A DNA stretch of 64,000 nt, from the NCBI GenBank assembly GCA_964016885.1, contig OZ024753.1:3658001-3722000 (forward strand). The letters are read 5' to 3'. Under the pieces are notes generated by a model. That model worked only from the letters and a program-made list of their open reading frames with translations. It was not told the DNA's origin and searched no databases. The position numbers and the translations under genes are program-made. The stretch comes from Eledone cirrhosa (lineage: Eukaryota). Shown piece by piece: positions 58,716 to 64,000 of the stretch (its first letter is position 1; every line of letters starts with the position of its first letter).

Positions 58716-58911
58716 ATAGGAAATGTGTCAGGACTCGACGGCTGAGCACAGGCCGTTTGGAATCCTGGTTCGGATCTAGCTGTCAAAACGCCGGAGCTCA
58801 GCCGTCGGTGTCCTGACTCTCTCTCCCTATTACCCACTCTACTACCTTAAGATAATTCAGTACTCTGGTGCCCTCTGGTCCACCTTCTATCTTACCACAC
58901 CCTCTTTGTTA
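58716..58911 (+). mobile_element. Family C fold-back element (older copy)
   Basis: GTCAGGACTCGACGGCTGAGC pairs with GCTCAGCCGTCGGTGTCCTGAC; then a diverged family C tail. Confidence 0.8.
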
Positions 58912-60671
58912 TATATATATATATTACACAGTATCATGTCGTTAAATCGTCTAGAAAACTATGTTAAAGGTAAATGAACGTGTGGAATGCTCAGCCACCT
59001 TTGCGTTGTTTCCATTATCAGACACTTCTGTTGTTCAAATAAATGGAATTCTTGTCAAAATCAACTGAGGTCTAAAACATACATAATTATTACTCTTTCC
59101 CTTGTGCGTGTGTGTATATATATATATATACACATGTATGTGGTGTGAGTGTATATACATTCACACATACACACATATATATATATAATGTGTGTGTGTG
59201 TGTGCATGTGTGTGTATATGTAGGTATATATATATAAATAATGTTTCTATAATATACGATCTAATGTTTAATGCATGCATAATATACAGTGTTGGTCATA
59301 GGTTTACTACAATTTACATTCATGAATATTCATAACTAGTTTCCGTGATATAAGATACTAAAAAAAAACCCACTATTTTATTACTATTTTAAAAATAAGA
59401 TAGAATGTATTATGAGACAAAGTAATTAGAAAAAAAATATATGATTCTATACTAATTTATTCTTTCCTCCTTTGTTTAGTCTACATACCCACAAGTAAAA
59501 AAACATTATGTTGTGGAGATCACACTTTTTCTGGGTTTTTCTGTTACTAATTACTTCATTCTTTTTATTACATATATTCATTATTTGAAACATAATTACA
59601 TTATATTATTTTTAGTGTTCTTATTAACGTTGATATTTATCTCGGATGAATCCTGATCTAGCATGCTTGCATTCAAAGTTATTTTCGCTATGGTTATCTC
59701 ATGTTTTGCATGGGGTAACATATACTAAATGGCCCAGAGTGTCCTTTTAATACATCGATAGTTTGATTTAGTTTGGGAGAAATGTCGCTGATATTTAGAG
59801 AAAAACCAAGATCTATATATTAGGAAAGTACATAGATACTTTTCCCTTAATTATCATATCTAGAAGATTTCTACTTGATCTTCTTTTCAGACTGGTCAAG
59901 CCTGTCTTAGATGATTGTAGCTAAAGCATTGTCATGGTAACTTCCTGTTTATACCAATCATCCGTTTTCACATCAGAGTGTCAATATATTCCCCGATTAA
60001 TATATATGGAGTGCATTTGAACTGGATAGATGAAAACTTTGCGTATATATCATGCAATTGATCACAAAGAAAGATGTATATGATGAGTTTCTATATCCAT
60101 CAAATACGTGTCTCCATGTGATTGATTGGATGATACAGGGTCCAATAAGATCCAAAAATTGAATAAAGATGTTTATCATTTTTTCTGACATATTTACATG
60201 CCTCCAAATTAGATATGTGTATATATTTATGAACCTTGGGCCAATCTCGATACATACTTTGTATATATATAGATATAACTTTACCATATTCTTCGGCTGC
60301 GGGTGCACTTCTCACTATATATATATATAGGGCGGAGGAACTCAGAGTGCCAACGGCCATCCAAATAGTACTTTTTTTTCACCTGGGAGTGAAAGGCCCC
60401 CAGTTGTTGTCACACAGAGGGAAACTCTGCCAACAAATCTGCTGCATCCGATAATGTTGACTAGTTCTCATTTTCGAGTAGTGTTTTCGCTGCTTAGAGA
60501 GTGGGATTGGTCGAGTGCAAGGCCTTTCCCCACTTAAAAACATTCAAAGCACAGGCATTGCTTGTTAAGGATGTGTTACAGGTTTGTGTGGCTGGCGGTA
60601 GCCTAAAAGTGCACCGAACTCTATAATCTGATAAGCGATTGCAATTGCAATACTCTTAGCAGAGTTTGCAA

Positions 60672-60714
<43 letters not shown>

Positions 60715-60757
60715 GAAAGGTATAGAAAACATTGTAGCAAAAAGCCAACAGTATTCC

Positions 60758-60803
<46 letters not shown>

Positions 60804-60810
<7 letters not shown>

Positions 60811-61031
60811 ATACTTGGGGAGGGTCATATTTGCGTAATATTGCCAGAATTAATAAGAGAACACACTCACTGTTTGGTTGGTTTTCGCTTCTCGCTGTCT
60901 TTTATATCTGCGATCTAACTTACTCGGTCCTCAATGTTGCCATTGACTGACCGGCGGTCAAAAATAATACAGATACAATATAGACACAGACACATATATA
61001 TAGTTTACATAATTTACATAAATCTTTCGTT
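60804..61031 (-). mobile_element. Family D tail-less arm truncated inside the hammerhead
   Basis: Close match to 35103-35329; (TA)n on both sides. Confidence 0.85.
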
Positions 61032-61969
61032 ATATATATATATAAGCGTATGAGAGAGTTTATTTATATGAAATATTATATATATGGATAATTTATATTT
61101 CTGCTCACAGTGAATAAACATGAGAATTCAGAAATTGTGGTATATTCTACACGTTTTACCTTACGCCAAATCCATTATAATTTACTGTATGAAATTCTGT
61201 AAACATTCTGTAAACATTCTGTTACATCGTAGGAATATTTCTTGCCCTAATTCCCTGGGTTTTGTAAAGTTCACTGATACCACCATATCCCACTTAGAAT
61301 GGGAGGTTCTATCCTTCTGTCTGCTAATAAAGTGTCTCTGTATAGGGCATTCAAACCTTCACTAAGAACTGTTTTGTGAAACTCGCGTTGTTCTTCATAG
61401 TCATTAGTAGCACCAATCATTCTCGAGGTAGATGGTAGACTAAGGGTGACAGACTGTGATTGCACGTAGTAATTTGATAATTTAAAAAAAAACTTATTTC
61501 ATTTTATCTTATTTTCTTTTAGCTCTAGGGGAACATATTAAACAATATTGATTTTATGACATACGAGGTTTCGAGTTACTCAATAGTGAAAGATTAAAGA
61601 TCTTATACGGAATCATATCAAGAATGGTATCTGCACTGCTGTCTATTAACGTGTTAAAAGAAATTCAATAGAAAGACAAGCTAGAGACACTTAACAGACA
61701 CCTTACACACTAACTGTTAAATTGATGATACATTTGATAAATACATTACAGACGAATAACAATATTCATGAAAGTAACATCATATGCACGCAGATACGCA
61801 CATACATATACATATGAACACAGAGACAACTACGCGCACACACTTATACTCCTACATACACAATCAATGAATACAAATATAAAAGTACACACAATCACAG
61901 ATACATAGAAACTACACTATGAATGAGTGTACGAACACAGTCATATAATGTATGTTTCTCTCTCTATTT

Positions 61970-62790
61970 ATATATACACACATACATACGCATATTTATA
62001 CATACATACACATACATACGCATATGTATATATACATACACATACATACGCATATGTATATACATATATACACATACATACGCATATGTATATACATATA
62101 TACACATGCATACGCATATGTATATACATATATACACATGCATACGCATATATATACATATATACACATGCATACGCATATATATACATATATACACATG
62201 CATATATATACATATATACATACGCATATATATACATATATACATACGCATATATATACATATATACATACGCATATATATACATATATACATACGCATA
62301 TATATACATATATACATACGTATACGCATATATATACATATATGCATACGCATATATATATAAACACATACATACGCATATATATATATACATATATACA
62401 CATGCTTATATATACATTTATACACATACATACGCATATATATATATACATATATACACATGCTTATATATACATTTATACACATACATACGCATATATA
62501 TATATACATATATACACATACATACGCATATATATATACATATATACACATACATACGCATATATATATACATATATACACATACATACGCATATATATA
62601 CATATATACACATACATACGCATATATATACATATATACACATATATATACATATACATATATACACATATATATACATATATACACATATATATACATA
62701 TATACACATACATACGCATATATATACATATATACACATACATACGCATATATATACATATATACACATACGCATATATGTATATATATA
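61970..62790. repeat. Microsatellite-derived minisatellite (TATACACATACATACGCATATA-type units)
   Basis: Recurrent CATACGCA units with variable TA and CA spacers. Confidence 0.9.
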
Positions 62791-63169
62791 TGCGTGTGTG
62801 GGGGCGAGTCTTCGTGTGTGTGCGTGCGTATATAAGTATAAATACACATAGCTTTCCCCCAACTACACGATTTTGATCCGCTGCAGGGTGCAACGGATGC
62901 ATACATACATACGCACACACATACATACATAGCCTACCACGTTTCCTTGCATTCATATCTGTGCTATATAAACATGAAAAAGAAAACTGCAGTAACAAAT
63001 GCTGCGTTATACAAAAAAACTATTAGATCTAAAATAAGCAAGAATGAAATTAACTAGGCAAAGATTAAAATGAAAAATACATAAAGCTAAAATGTTGTTA
63101 TTTAGTTCCTGTTGCTTATGACGAAGCAAACAAATAATTAAATGTATTCCAGCCATAACGGACAAGTAT

Positions 63170-63365
63170 CATGATCGAACAACATGCTTCACGACATAGA
63201 GTTACGGTCCTTTACGTTTTGAATTTTAATCCAACCAAGGTTAGCTTTGCCTTTCATCCCTACGGGGTCGATTAAATAAAGTACCAGTAATGTACTGGAG
63301 TCGATGTAATCGACTTTTCCTCCAACAAAAATTGTTGGTATTGTGCCTAAATCAGAAACCATTAT
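63170..63365 (+). mobile_element. SINE-A (long subtype)
   Basis: GCCTTTCATCCCTACGGGGTCGATTAAATAAAGTACCAG plus the GTCGATGTAATCGACT segment. Confidence 0.8.
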
Positions 63366-63739
63366 GATATTTTCAGGAATAATATAAAACGGGCTACATT
63401 ATTCTATGTACAAAAGGTTTAGTCATAGTTCAATGATAACCTGTGTAAAATCGAATGTCAATCCCCTCTCTTCTGCGACACCAGAGTTCTTGCCATGCCC
63501 TCCCTTGCCCGTTCTTTTTCTTCTTTCTTTCTCTCTTTTTTTTTTATCTATATTTCCCTATTCTTTCTTTCCTTTTGTTTACCTCCTACTCTGTTGCGCT
63601 GTTAATATTTAAAGGGTATTTCAGCTTCTATTTCTAAGCGGGCGAATGACCGCATGAAAACTATCTTTTAATATACATACATAGGTATGTATATGTTTGT
63701 GTATATATATGTGTGAGTGTAGAGAGAGAGAGAGAGAAA

Positions 63740-63742
63740 TAA

Positions 63743-63775
<33 letters not shown>

Positions 63776-64000
63776 AATATATATATGTATGTATATATAT
63801 ATATATATATATAAATATATATATGTATGTATATATATATATATGTATGTATATATATATATATGTATGTATATATATATATTTATATAAATATATATAT
63901 ATATATATATTTATATAAATATATATATGTATGTATATATATATATTTATATAAATATATATATATATATATATTTATATAAATATATATTTATATAAAT
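63740..64000. repeat. (TA)n array with TTTATATAAA and TGTA variants, runs off the window end
   Basis: Direct reading. Confidence 0.9.

Noticed and set aside
60330-60680. GC-richer insert between TA arrays
   Set aside because: Probably a transposon fragment, but no frame gave a recognisable motif
61271-61465. Protein-like 64 aa ORF on the minus strand
   Set aside because: No recognisable domain, weak splice signals and no partner exon

Overview
AT-rich eukaryotic non-coding DNA (intergenic or intronic), most likely from an octopod cephalopod. That assignment is inferred from the SINE families and the extreme (TA)n load. No intact protein-coding gene is supported: nearly all ORFs in the track are translations of microsatellites or repeats. 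The window holds (1) very long (TA)n, (GA)n, (GT)n and compound arrays; (2) about 20 copies of a tRNA-headed SINE with a Nin/Deu-type domain, plus two other SINE types; (3) decayed pieces of RTE and R4/Dong-like LINEs, a Penelope-like GIY-YIG endonuclease remnant and a pogo/Tigger-like MITE. The most striking structure is a dense population of short elements, from at least six unrelated sequence families, inserted mostly in (TA)n. They share one architecture: a fold-back hairpin whose outer arm starts at a family-fixed point, a minimal hammerhead ribozyme motif in several families, and an unpaired 3' tail. Several families carry the same ACTC...GAGT stem-loop in that tail. These look like 5'-truncated Penelope-like retroelement ends. 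All calls were made by eye and coordinates may be off by a few bases.
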